In this document: positions 19,933 to 28,438 of the stretch, one piece after another | How the letters are laid out: the number at the start of each line of letters is the position of its first letter | How positions within the stretch are numbered: the first letter of the stretch is position 1 | Assembly: GCA_035535395.1 (NCBI GenBank) | Contig: DATLQC010000164.1 | Location: 1-46,497, forward strand | Origin: Propionibacteriaceae bacterium | Lineage (GTDB): Bacteria; Actinomycetota; Actinomycetes; Propionibacteriales; Propionibacteriaceae | Length of the DNA: 46,497 bases | Direction of reading: 5' to 3' | Position numbers and translations under genes: made by a program | Notes under the pieces: generated by a model | Databases searched by the model: none | Told to the model about the DNA's origin: nothing | What the model saw: the letters and a program-made list of their open reading frames with translations, nothing else

Positions 19933-20772
19933 TCAGGCCTCATCGGCAGCAGCAAGCAGCTCTTCCAACGACATGGCCGGATGGCCGGTCACTTCCGGAA
20001 TGTCATGACTGATCCCGGCCAGCTCGCCGGCCGCAATCGCGGTATATGTGCTGACCCAGGCGTCCAGCTGCCACCTCGGCGCGCCATAGACCGCGCGTGA
20101 GGCGTACGCCTCCTCGATGGTCTCGGCGATGTAGGAGACAGGCCGACCAAGATGATCACTGAGGATGTCGGCGATCTCATACATGGTGAGAGCCGCCGGG
20201 CCCGTCAAATTCAGGGTTCGACCATCGTAGGCGCCATCGCTGGTCAGTACAGCAACCGCAACATCGGCGATGTCTGCTTGAGCCACAACGGCCGCCCGCC
20301 CATCACCCGCGGGTCCACGGATGCTGCCGTCGGCGCCGATCAACTGCGGCGTGAAGTCGGCGTATATGTTGTCGCGCAAGATCGTGTACGCCAGCCCGAC
20401 CGAGCGCAGCCGCTCCTCAGTCGCCCAGTGATCACGGGCCAGCGTGAAAGTTGCAGTGGGAGAGGCGCCGAAGAACGACACATAGACGATCCGTTGCACT
20501 CCGGCCTCGACCGCCGCGTCAATGAAGCTGAGGTGCTGCTTGACTCGCTCTGGTGTCTCGGCCGCGGACACCATGAAGACTGTCTCGATATCGGCAAGCG
20601 CCGTTCGGACCGCGACGCCGTCAGCGTAGTCAGCCGTGGCGATGTGGGCACCCGTCAGTTCGGGCGCTCGGGCCGGGTCGCGCACCAGCAGGCGTTGCTC
20701 CACACCTAGGTCGGAGAGCCGACGGGCGACCCGCCCGCCCAGCTGTCCGGTGGAGCCTGTCACCGCGATCAA
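19933..20772 (-). CDS. NmrA-like/atypical SDR NAD(P)H-binding oxidoreductase
   Basis: 'IAVTGSTGQLG' Rossmann motif, 'DHWATE', 'DIADVA'; TTG start inferred. Confidence 0.88.
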   Translation of the reverse strand: MIAVTGSTGQLGGRVARRLSDLGVEQRLLVRDPARAPELTGAHIATADYADGVAVRTALADIETVFMVSAAETPERVKQHLSFIDAAVEAGVQRIVYVSFFGASPTATFTLARDHWATEERLRSVGLAYTILRDNIYADFTPQLIGADGSIRGPAGDGRAAVVAQADIADVAVAVLTSDGAYDGRTLNLTGPAALTMYEIADILSDHLGRPVSYIAETIEEAYASRAVYGAPRWQLDAWVSTYTAIAAGELAGISHDIPEVTGHPAMSLEELLAAADEA

Positions 20773-20818
20773 CTTCGCCCCGCCTTTCCCCCGATCCCGA
20801 AATGTCACCAATGACTGC

Positions 20819-21682
20819 TCAAAGCACGGCGTCAGCCAGGCGGTCGATCTGGTCGAGCCTGGCGACCGTTGGATCAAAATACATTTCGGTGAAGCCGGCA
20901 TCCTCGAACGCCTTCGCCATGTCTCGCACTTGGGACACCGATCGCTGCGCCGAGTCGGCAATCCGGGCCGCGAAGTCACCCGCAAAGCCGTAGTAATCGA
21001 GAAGGTATTGCTTCGAGGCCTCCTCGGCGTCCTCTCCTAGCGAGAAGTAAGTGAGTGCTGACAACCGCGGCTCGCCGGCACGTCCAGCTTCCGACCAAGC
21101 GTTGCGTACGGTGTCGGCGAATGGCCCTGCCTGGGAGGCTTGCGAGCCACCTGCCGTCCAGCCGGCACCCCACCTGATGATGCGTTCGATCGTCTTCTGA
21201 CTGGTGCCGCCAAACAAAATGGGAACGCGCTCATCTCGAGTCGGCGTCGGGCTTGCGGGTGCAGAGTTTTCAGCAAGAGATTCGCCGCGCCACACCTTGT
21301 GCATTACCTCAAGTGCGTTGTCGAACTCGCGGCCTCTGCGATGGAAATCACGGCCCGTTACCTCGTAATCATCTTGACGTCCGCCGGCAGCAAGGCCGAG
21401 CGTGAAGCGGCCGCCTGAGATTTGATCAATGCTGGCGGCTGTCTTCGCCAGAAGCACCGGCGTGTAGATCGGAGCCAGCAGGATGTTGGTCATCAAGGAG
21501 ATGCGCTCGGTTGCGCCAGCAGCAGCGGCATGCGTGGTCAGCGAGTCGTAGCTGGGATAGGCGATCCGATCAATCGTTACTAGACCGCTGAAGCCGACTC
21601 CCTCAGCGTGCTTGGCCCAATCGATGAGAACGCTTCCCTCGGTGTTTGGCACAGGATTGGGCAGGCCAATTCCGATCTTCAC
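20819..21682 (-). CDS. LLM class flavin-dependent oxidoreductase
   Basis: 'LAKTAASIDQISGGRFTLGL', 'PILFGG'. Confidence 0.9.
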   Translation of the reverse strand: MKIGIGLPNPVPNTEGSVLIDWAKHAEGVGFSGLVTIDRIAYPSYDSLTTHAAAAGATERISLMTNILLAPIYTPVLLAKTAASIDQISGGRFTLGLAAGGRQDDYEVTGRDFHRRGREFDNALEVMHKVWRGESLAENSAPASPTPTRDERVPILFGGTSQKTIERIIRWGAGWTAGGSQASQAGPFADTVRNAWSEAGRAGEPRLSALTYFSLGEDAEEASKQYLLDYYGFAGDFAARIADSAQRSVSQVRDMAKAFEDAGFTEMYFDPTVARLDQIDRLADAVL

Positions 21683-21733
21683 CCGAAGCTCCCTCGTTTC
21701 ATCTGGGATATTGCGCCGTCAACTAGGTGCTGC

Positions 21734-23104
21734 TCAGCTCCAGCTCGAGGGGCCATCTGAACCAGCGGCGTACTCGTCCATCGGCACCTCTCCGTCCCGC
21801 CAGGCCTGAAGGACCGGATCGACGATGCGCCAACACTCCTCGGCCGTATCCCCGCGAACCGACAGCAGCGGGTCGCCGTCCAATACACCCGCCAGGACTT
21901 CGCCGTACGCCGGCAAACGTCCCGGGTTCAGATCCGTGTCCAGGGCCACCCGATCCAGCACCAAAGGATCGCCTGGACCATTGACATTCATCTCGAGCGC
22001 CACCCGGTCCGGACCCATGGCGAGCCGTAGTCGTTCCGGCAGTGCTTGCCCCCGCAGCCCCGTGGGCAGATGTGGCAGCGGCTGGAAGGTGATCATGACC
22101 TCCTTGCGACGTTCCCGGAGCGCCTTGCCCGAGCGGAGTCGGAAGGGCACGCCGGCCCATCGCCAGTTGTCGACCTCAACGACGAGCTCTGCCAGCGTCT
22201 CGGTGTTTCGCGACGGATCGACGCCCGGCTCTGCGGTGTAATCCGGTACGTCTCTGCCGTCGATCGAGCCCTGGGTATAGCGGGCTCGACGGCTGGACGC
22301 GACGGAATCGTCATTCCAAGGCCGACAGGCACGCAGCACCTGGGCCTTGGCGTCGCGCAGATCGACTGCATTGACGGTCGCAATGGGATCCATTGCCACC
22401 AGAGCCAACACCTGGAGCAGGTGGCTTTGGATCATGTCCATCAGTGCGCCGGCACGGTCGTAGTAGCGCGCTCGGTTCTCAAGGGTGAGCTGTTCGTCGA
22501 ACACAATGTCGACGCGTGCGACGTGTTCGTTACTCCACAGCGGCTCGAACAGACGGTTGGCAAAGCGCACACCAATGAGATTCAGCACGGTCGAGCGCCC
22601 CAGGAAGTGATCGACCCGATGTACGTGCTCTTCAGGCACTAACTCGGCAAGTAACTGATTCAGTTTGGCCGCGCTTTCCTGGTCGGTACCGAACGGCTTT
22701 TCCAACACCAGGTTCGTGCCTTCAGGCAGTGACACCTGCTGGAGTGCGGTACATGCCGCGACAGTCACCGAGGGTGGCAGTGCGAAATAGATGGCAGGTG
22801 CCGGCGGACAAGAATCGATCAACGACTTCAGGTCTTCGGGGCTAGTGACGTCAGCTTGCTCGTAATGGGTCGTCTCGAGCACGCTCTTGAGCGTCTCGTC
22901 AGAGACATCGCCCAACTCGAAAGCGGCTTTAACTCGATCGCGCCAGGCGTCGGCGTCCCAGGTTTCAGAACCTGCACCAACCAGTACGACGTCTCGGCGC
23001 TCTTCTTCGCGATCGAACAACTGCCCCAAGGCCGGCAGCAGCAGTCGTCCGGAGAGGTCGCCGCTAGCGCCCAGCAGTAGCAAGCTTCCGATCGAACGAG
23101 TCAT
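21734..23104 (-). CDS. zwf: Glucose-6-phosphate 1-dehydrogenase
   Basis: 'LLGASGDL', 'EKPFG', 'HRVDHFLG', 'DMIQSHLLQ', 'RWAGVPF..RSGK'. Confidence 0.93.
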   Translation of the reverse strand: MTRSIGSLLLLGASGDLSGRLLLPALGQLFDREEERRDVVLVGAGSETWDADAWRDRVKAAFELGDVSDETLKSVLETTHYEQADVTSPEDLKSLIDSCPPAPAIYFALPPSVTVAACTALQQVSLPEGTNLVLEKPFGTDQESAAKLNQLLAELVPEEHVHRVDHFLGRSTVLNLIGVRFANRLFEPLWSNEHVARVDIVFDEQLTLENRARYYDRAGALMDMIQSHLLQVLALVAMDPIATVNAVDLRDAKAQVLRACRPWNDDSVASSRRARYTQGSIDGRDVPDYTAEPGVDPSRNTETLAELVVEVDNWRWAGVPFRLRSGKALRERRKEVMITFQPLPHLPTGLRGQALPERLRLAMGPDRVALEMNVNGPGDPLVLDRVALDTDLNPGRLPAYGEVLAGVLDGDPLLSVRGDTAEECWRIVDPVLQAWRDGEVPMDEYAAGSDGPSSWS

Positions 23105-23152
23105 CGTGCCTCCTCAAGCGCCAAGCGGCATTCGTGCGATGTACTGAGGCGG

Positions 23153-23177
23153 TACCCGTTCACGCCTTTCGGCAAAC
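23153..23177 (-). promoter_or_regulatory. SigF/SigB-type stress promoter upstream of zwf
   Basis: Minus strand reads GTTT-N16-GGGTA about 50 nt before the zwf start. Confidence 0.6.
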
Positions 23178-23209
23178 CGGCGTACGACCGGCGTACGGTG
23201 GCTTGTTCG

Positions 23210-23728
23210 CTACCGATCTTCGGTGATCTCGGTCACGACATATCGGCGCAGTCTCCCGCGGCCCGAGCCGGATTCGTCGCGTCTATCGGCGATCTCGTCT
23301 ACTACTCGTTGATGATCTTCACCGGTGTCTCGGTCACGCCCGTAGTCATCGCGATCCAACCGATCATCATCCCGATCGACAGTGTCGTCGCGGTCGGTTG
23401 TATCGGTGTCCCGCGGCCGGGTGTAGTAACGGAACAGCTCGAGTTCTTCGCGCGGGGTTAGATCGCCGTCGGCGTCGATGCGCGGCGCGTTTTTGACGAT
23501 GTCCTTGTCGATGTCGGCAATGATGTCGTTGCCTTCGAGCCGCGCTTGATTCAGCGGAACGAATGACTCCGAGGTTCCGAACAGTCCGGTCTTGACCGTG
23601 ACCCAGGTGGGCTCTGAGGTCTCGTCGTCAAGGTAGATCTGGCCGATCCGGCCGAGCTTCTCTGAGCCGGCGTACACGTTTCCAGACTGCAAGTAAGCAT
23701 CGCGAAGCTCTTCTGCCCTGATGCCCAT
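23210..23728 (-). CDS. PRC-barrel domain protein
   Basis: 'GEKLG/IGQIYLDD-type motif, 'PTWVTVKTGLFG', 'FVPL', 'VKNAP', 'EELELFRYY', acidic DRDD-rich tail. Confidence 0.88.
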   Translation of the reverse strand: MGIRAEELRDAYLQSGNVYAGSEKLGRIGQIYLDDETSEPTWVTVKTGLFGTSESFVPLNQARLEGNDIIADIDKDIVKNAPRIDADGDLTPREELELFRYYTRPRDTDTTDRDDTVDRDDDRLDRDDYGRDRDTGEDHQRVVDEIADRRDESGSGRGRLRRYVVTEITEDR

Positions 23729-23852
23729 GGCGCCTCCCTTTTCCCTCTGTCTAGACAGGTCTTTAACCGGCGGCGTCGATTACGAAACAGTAGAGCCTCA
23801 AGAAACTCGTGATCGCAAGCGTCGGCATTGCGCGAGCGATCACCAGAGAGAC

Positions 23853-23896
23853 TTGTCAGCGTCTCAGCTGGCTATAGCCCTCTGAGACGCTGACAA
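23853..23896. terminator. 15-bp perfect hairpin downstream of the SRPBCC gene (terminator- or REP-like)
   Basis: ttgtcagcgtctcag (23853-23867) pairs with ctgagacgctgacaa (23882-23896); the loop holds the palindrome ggctatagcc. Confidence 0.55.
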
Positions 23897-23910
23897 ATCG
23901 GAGTGTGGGA

Positions 23911-24414
23911 TTAGCTCTGAGCGAGCAGGGCGTCGAGCTTCTCATAGCCCTCGTAGACGCCGACCTCCATCCCGCTGGCCATGATCGCGTCGCGGGCTTC
24001 GAGGTTGTCCACCAGAGAGAGACCGATCGTTCTGGTCCGGCCATCTCCGAGGTCTTCGAACGTCATAGTCTCCAAGCTGACGCCATCCGGCATGCCTTCC
24101 CAGGTAAATGTCTGTACCAGCCGATCGCTCGATCGCACCTCATGGAACGAGCCGTAGAAGGCGGCCACCTCTTCACCGTCCCGCACGGCGGCGTAGCGAT
24201 AGTTACCTCCGGTGCGCGCGTTCCACTCGTCGATCCTCATTTCGGTGCTCTTCGGGCCGAGCCACTGGGCGACCAGATCGGGTTCGATCCACGCCCTGAA
24301 GACCTTCTCGCGCGGTGCATCGAAGTCACGAATGATGCGGATGGTCGGCAAGTTGGGATCAGCCTCGATCGTGGTTTCCCGGGTCGTGGCTTCGGGCTTA
24401 GCGTGAGTGCTCAT
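23911..24414 (-). CDS. SRPBCC/AHSA1 domain protein
   Basis: 'RDFDAPREKVFRAW', 'RTGGNYRY', 'SGMEVG...YEKLD'. Confidence 0.9.
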   Translation of the reverse strand: MSTHAKPEATTRETTIEADPNLPTIRIIRDFDAPREKVFRAWIEPDLVAQWLGPKSTEMRIDEWNARTGGNYRYAAVRDGEEVAAFYGSFHEVRSSDRLVQTFTWEGMPDGVSLETMTFEDLGDGRTRTIGLSLVDNLEARDAIMASGMEVGVYEGYEKLDALLAQS

Positions 24415-24800
24415 GATGCTGCTCCTTGGTTGATGGTTGGTTCCTTGATGGTTGGTTCCGTGATGGTTGGTCCACTGTCATCGTCCATAGCGGCGAGTAC
24501 GGCATCGAGTCGCCGATATCGCTCCTCGGCTTGCCGGCGGTATCGCTCAATCCAGGCCGTCATCATGTCGAAGACCTCCGCCTCGAGGTGTCGTGGTCGG
24601 CGCTGGGCATCGTGGCCGTGGCTTACCAGACCGGCGTCTTCGAGCACCTTCAGATGTTTGGACACTGCCTGAATCGACACATGGTACGGCGCCGCCAGTT
24701 GGCTTACGGTGGCGTCCCCGACGGCGAGTCGAGCCACAATGTCGCGTCGCGTCGGGTCGGCTAATGCGGCGAAGACTCGGGAGAGTCGATCATCGCTCAT
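24411..24800 (-). CDS. ArsR/SmtB family transcriptional regulator
   Basis: 'FAALADPTRRDIV', 'AVSKHLKVLEDAGLV'; ATGA-coupled to the SRPBCC gene; RBS ggagg. Confidence 0.92.
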   Translation of the reverse strand: MSDDRLSRVFAALADPTRRDIVARLAVGDATVSQLAAPYHVSIQAVSKHLKVLEDAGLVSHGHDAQRRPRHLEAEVFDMMTAWIERYRRQAEERYRRLDAVLAAMDDDSGPTITEPTIKEPTINQGAAS

Positions 24801-24819
24801 CGTCAGCCTCCTGGATCGG

Positions 24820-24890
24820 TTATTCAACCGATTGGTTGAGGAAGACATTAGCCGAACTGATCCACCTTTGTCAACCAGTTGGTTGAATAA
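24820..24890 (-). promoter_or_regulatory. Housekeeping promoter flanked by two ArsR-type operators
   Basis: TTGACA (24874-24869)-N18-TAATGT (24850-24845); TCAACC-N4-GGTTGA palindromes at 24824-24839 and 24871-24886. Confidence 0.75.
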
Positions 24891-24912
24891 AGAAGGGTCA
24901 CGGCTAGGCGAG

Positions 24913-24999
24913 GGGACGTTTCGCACCACAGCCGCGAAAACGATCCCTCCAGCAGCCTTGGATGGGTACGTTTCGCAGCACAGGCGTGAAAACGATCCC
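24913..24999. repeat. Two direct copies of a ~35-bp imperfect hairpin (REP-like)
   Basis: gggacgtttcgcaccacagccgcgaaaacgatccc (24913-24947) and gggtacgtttcgcagcacaggcgtgaaaacgatccc (24964-24999). Confidence 0.7.
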
Positions 25000-25047
25000 G
25001 CGGACCTCACGTTTTGAGCCGTGCGATCGTCTAGAAGGTTGATGAGG

Positions 25048-25551
25048 ATGAAACGGCCGTTTGAAGAGATCGTGGCGCAGCATGGTCCGACCGTGCTGCG
25101 GGTCTGTCGTGCTGTGTTGGCGCACCCAGACGCCGAAGATGCCTGGTCAGAAACGTTTCTCGCCGCCTTGCGGGCTTATCCCGAGCTTGACGACGGCGCG
25201 AACATCGAGGCTTGGCTGGTCACCATCGCACACCACAAGGCCATTGATGCGCTCCGCGCCCGGAGCCGCCGGGCGGTTCCAGTTGCGGAAATCGCCGAGA
25301 CCAGCTTCACAACCGATGCCTGGGAGCCACCCGACGACATCCTCTGGGCAGCACTGCGCGCCCTCCCGCCAAAGCAGCGTCACGCGGTTGCCTACCACCA
25401 TGTCGCCGGGCTGTCGTACGCGGACGTGGCAACGATCATCGGCGGCTCGACAGACGCGGCCCGCCGTGCGGCACATGACGGCATTCGAACCCTCCGCCGC
25501 CGCTACAGCAACTCACAGCAGCTCGCCTCACGAGAAGGAATTCGTTCATGA
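25048..25551 (+). CDS. ECF RNA polymerase sigma factor
   Basis: Region 2 'DAEDAWSETF...AWLVTIAHHKAID'; region 4 'LPPKQR...GLSYADVA'. Confidence 0.9.
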   Translation: MKRPFEEIVAQHGPTVLRVCRAVLAHPDAEDAWSETFLAALRAYPELDDGANIEAWLVTIAHHKAIDALRARSRRAVPVAEIAETSFTTDAWEPPDDILWAALRALPPKQRHAVAYHHVAGLSYADVATIIGGSTDAARRAAHDGIRTLRRRYSNSQQLASREGIRS

Positions 25552-26183
25552 TCAACTCTAGTGACCCCATCTTTGCCTCGATCACCCGCGACGAAGCTGA
25601 CACGATAACGCGCCTCCATGATCAGCTCGTGGCAGCGGCGGATGCGGATCGGCTGCTTGATGTCGCCTACCGGACTCTGGATTCGCCGGTCGGTACGCTG
25701 CTTATAGCGGCTACTGATCAAGGCCTGATTCGCGTCGCGTACCAGCTCGAGAATCATGATCAAGTGTTGCAGGCATTGTCCGAGCGGGTCAGTCCCCGCA
25801 TCCTGCATGCGCCACGCCGTCTTGATCAAGTAGCCAGGCAACTGGCAGAGTACTTCGCCGGTGAACGACGAGATTTCGTGCTGCCGTTGGATTTTCAACT
25901 GGCTCACGGATTCCGGCGTGAGGTGCTCGCACGCCTTGTCATGATCGACTACGGGCGTACAGAGACATACTCCCAAGTTGCCGCAGCGACCGGTCATCCG
26001 CGGGCCGTACGCGCAGTTGGCACCGCCTGCGCCACTAACCCGCTGCCGGTGATTGTGCCGTGCCATCGAGTGCTGCGGAGCGACGGCACGCTCGGCGGAT
26101 ATGTCGGCGGCCTGCACACTAAGGCCGCTCTGCTCTCGCTGGAAGCCGGTAGGCAATCCGACACCAATCCCTCAACCCGCTGA
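25548..26183 (+). CDS. ogt: Methylated-DNA--protein-cysteine methyltransferase
   Basis: Active site 'PCHRV', 'RAVGTA', 'GGYVGG..K'. Confidence 0.93.
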   Translation: MINSSDPIFASITRDEADTITRLHDQLVAAADADRLLDVAYRTLDSPVGTLLIAATDQGLIRVAYQLENHDQVLQALSERVSPRILHAPRRLDQVARQLAEYFAGERRDFVLPLDFQLAHGFRREVLARLVMIDYGRTETYSQVAAATGHPRAVRAVGTACATNPLPVIVPCHRVLRSDGTLGGYVGGLHTKAALLSLEAGRQSDTNPSTR

Positions 26184-26243
26184 TACCTGACTCACCGGTC
26201 CTCCCAGCGCTAGGGTCTGGACTTGAAGCATGGGAGTGAGGCG

Positions 26244-26753
26244 ATGGCGGAACATCCAGCAGAGCGCCGGATCTTGGTCGGGGTCACCTATGGCCAGCCC
26301 GACATGGTGCTGCGCCATGCCGCACGCTTTGCGCGCGTCTTCGGCGCTGCGCTGGTCTGTGCCCACGTCGACCCCGGACGCTACGTCGTCGAGGAGCGGC
26401 CGGATGGCTCTGTGGTTTCGCTGCCACTCGATCCCGAGCTGCCCGAGTTGAAGGACACTGACTTCGACCAGGGACTGGTGGCACAAGTGCGCACTGCGGT
26501 CGCTGATGACTCCATTGATCTGTCGTTCAGGGAGCTGGCAGGCGACGTCGCGTACGCGCTCACTCGGCTAGCCGACATTCTGGATGTGGAATTGATCATC
26601 GTCGGTAGCCGCCGCGGCGGCGTGCGGGCTGGCTTGAAGCAGTTCCTTACCGGCTCCGTCGCAGCTCACCTGGCACATCGGCAGCATCGGCCAGTAGTGG
26701 TCATTCCGGTGGCCCCGGTTGCCGAGGGTAAACCGCTGCCCTGGGAGGAGTAG
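26244..26753 (+). CDS. Universal stress protein
   Basis: 'ILVGV', 'IIVGSRR', 'GSVAAHL...PVVVIP'. Confidence 0.88.
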   Translation: MAEHPAERRILVGVTYGQPDMVLRHAARFARVFGAALVCAHVDPGRYVVEERPDGSVVSLPLDPELPELKDTDFDQGLVAQVRTAVADDSIDLSFRELAGDVAYALTRLADILDVELIIVGSRRGGVRAGLKQFLTGSVAAHLAHRQHRPVVVIPVAPVAEGKPLPWEE

Positions 26754-26911
26754 CGCCGCTCGCGGGATGGTATGCCCGGAAGCCGAATCAGCCGGTGCGC
26801 CATCATGTTGAGATGGCCATGAGTACCAGCAGAGAAGTTCGGAACCGGCCTCAGTTATCGAGGCTCGCCAGATCGTGACGGATCGCCCCCTCGGTTGAGG
26901 GGAGTTGAGCG

Positions 26912-28198
26912 TTGCCCCACGTACTGCGGTGGCTGATCGGCCTGGCAACCTCGCTGATCGGCAATCACATCTACCTAGTGACCCTCGCCTGGGTCGCTGT
27001 ACAGACGACTACGCCGGTGAATGTCGGCTTGATTCTCGTGGCGGGTGCCATCCCTCAGGCCGCTCTGCTGTTGATCGGCGGTGTTTTCGTCGACCGGATC
27101 GGGCCAAAGCCGACCATCATCGCCTCAGATGTGATGCGGACATTGATCATGATTGTCTTTGCGATCGTCGTGGCCGGCGGCCATGTCAGCCCACTGCTGC
27201 TCGGCGTGCTGGCTGTGATGTTCGGGTTGGTCGACGGCTTTTTCCTGCCCGCCGTGAATACCGCACCGCGATACCTAGTCCCGCGTCATTCGATCACCCG
27301 CGTGGTTGCTGCGAAGACGATCGTGGCGCGCGGAGCGGAGTTTGCCGGCGCACCGTTGGGCAGCTGGCTGCTGGTCGTAGCAAGCGCCGCGGTGGCGTTC
27401 TGGGTGAACGCCTGGTTGTTCGCAGTCTCCGTGGTGCTCTTGGCCATGACGCGGATGGCCATCCCGGACGAGGAAGCTCAGGGCCCCGACGGGGCTGAGC
27501 CGACCTCCAAGCAACCTGTGCTGTCGGTGTGGGCGGACTTGAAAGCGGGAATCCGGTTGATCCGTGGCTACCGAACTCTGACGACGTTGCTGATCATGGT
27601 ATTTGTCGTCGAGGCCGGGTTTAGCGGGCCGATGATTGCCGGGGTGCCGCTACTGGCCAATGAGACCGGTTGGGGGGTGCGGACCATCGGCTGGGTTCTT
27701 GGTGGTTTCGGTCTAGGCGCGGCCGCTGCTGCGGGGTTCTTGCTGTGGCGCAAGAATGTTCGCCATACCGGTTTCGTCGCCCTGTCTGGCTTGACGGCTA
27801 TGGGGCTCAGCGTTGTCGGTCTCGGTTTGCTGCCGGCGTTGGGTCTACCAGTGTCTGCGGCGTTCCCCGCCGCCGGTGTTCTCGGTCTCAGCTCGGGCGT
27901 TGGCGCCGGGTTCTACGGCACGCTGGTTACCTCCGCTGTGCTGCAGTTGGCGCCGGCTGGTCAGATCGGACGCGTCATGGGTGCGCTGTCCTTCTCCAGT
28001 CTGGCCGCCGTTCCCATTACGTATGCCCTCACCGGGCTCGTGACCAATGTGTCGAACGCCCAGGTCCCGTTCCTTATCGGAGGAGTGTTGATGCTGCTTG
28101 TCGCAGCAGTGGCCTTCGCGAACCCTCAGCTACGTCACCTGAGGGTGAATGCGACAACGCCCGCGAAGGAAACTTCTGATCAGAACCTCACCGGCTGA
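26912..28198 (+). CDS. MFS transporter (DHA3/macrolide-efflux-like)
   Basis: 'GGVFVDRIG', 'DGFFLPA', 'GRVMG'; about 12 TM segments. Confidence 0.88.
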   Translation: MPHVLRWLIGLATSLIGNHIYLVTLAWVAVQTTTPVNVGLILVAGAIPQAALLLIGGVFVDRIGPKPTIIASDVMRTLIMIVFAIVVAGGHVSPLLLGVLAVMFGLVDGFFLPAVNTAPRYLVPRHSITRVVAAKTIVARGAEFAGAPLGSWLLVVASAAVAFWVNAWLFAVSVVLLAMTRMAIPDEEAQGPDGAEPTSKQPVLSVWADLKAGIRLIRGYRTLTTLLIMVFVVEAGFSGPMIAGVPLLANETGWGVRTIGWVLGGFGLGAAAAAGFLLWRKNVRHTGFVALSGLTAMGLSVVGLGLLPALGLPVSAAFPAAGVLGLSSGVGAGFYGTLVTSAVLQLAPAGQIGRVMGALSFSSLAAVPITYALTGLVTNVSNAQVPFLIGGVLMLLVAAVAFANPQLRHLRVNATTPAKETSDQNLTG

Positions 28199-28214
28199 CC
28201 AAATGTGCTGCACT

Positions 28215-28238
28215 GTTTACGCCCCAATCCCGCGGGTA
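28215..28238 (+). promoter_or_regulatory. SigF/SigB-type stress promoter upstream of the microprotein
   Basis: GTTT-N15-GGGTA, 29 nt before the ATG at 28268. Confidence 0.65.
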
Positions 28239-28267
28239 CCTGCAAAGGCACGAGAGGAGGTCCTTCC

Positions 28268-28348
28268 ATGAACCGGGGAATTATCGGCACGATCATTGGT
28301 GTGCTGGTCATCATCATCCTTGTGATCGTCATTCTGCAGCTCACCTGA
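28268..28348 (+). CDS. 26-aa single-TM microprotein MNRGIIGTIIGVLVIIILVIVILQLT
   Basis: Strong RBS (aggagg, 28255-28260), ATG, uninterrupted hydrophobic stretch, TGA; too short for the ORF track. Confidence 0.8.
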   Translation: MNRGIIGTIIGVLVIIILVIVILQLT

Positions 28349-28438
28349 CCGCAGACCCTGGGCCGGCGAGGCGTGCGTTTGGTTGGCGCCCCGTGGGCCG
28401 TCTTCCCAATATCTCGTTCACACCCCGACGCTGTGAGG

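Noticed and set aside
24427-24474. Three 15-bp repeats (gatggttggttcc-like) at the arsR 3' end
   Set aside because: A short in-frame expansion encoding a low-complexity tail (PTITEPTIKEPTINQ); no sign of a separate function.
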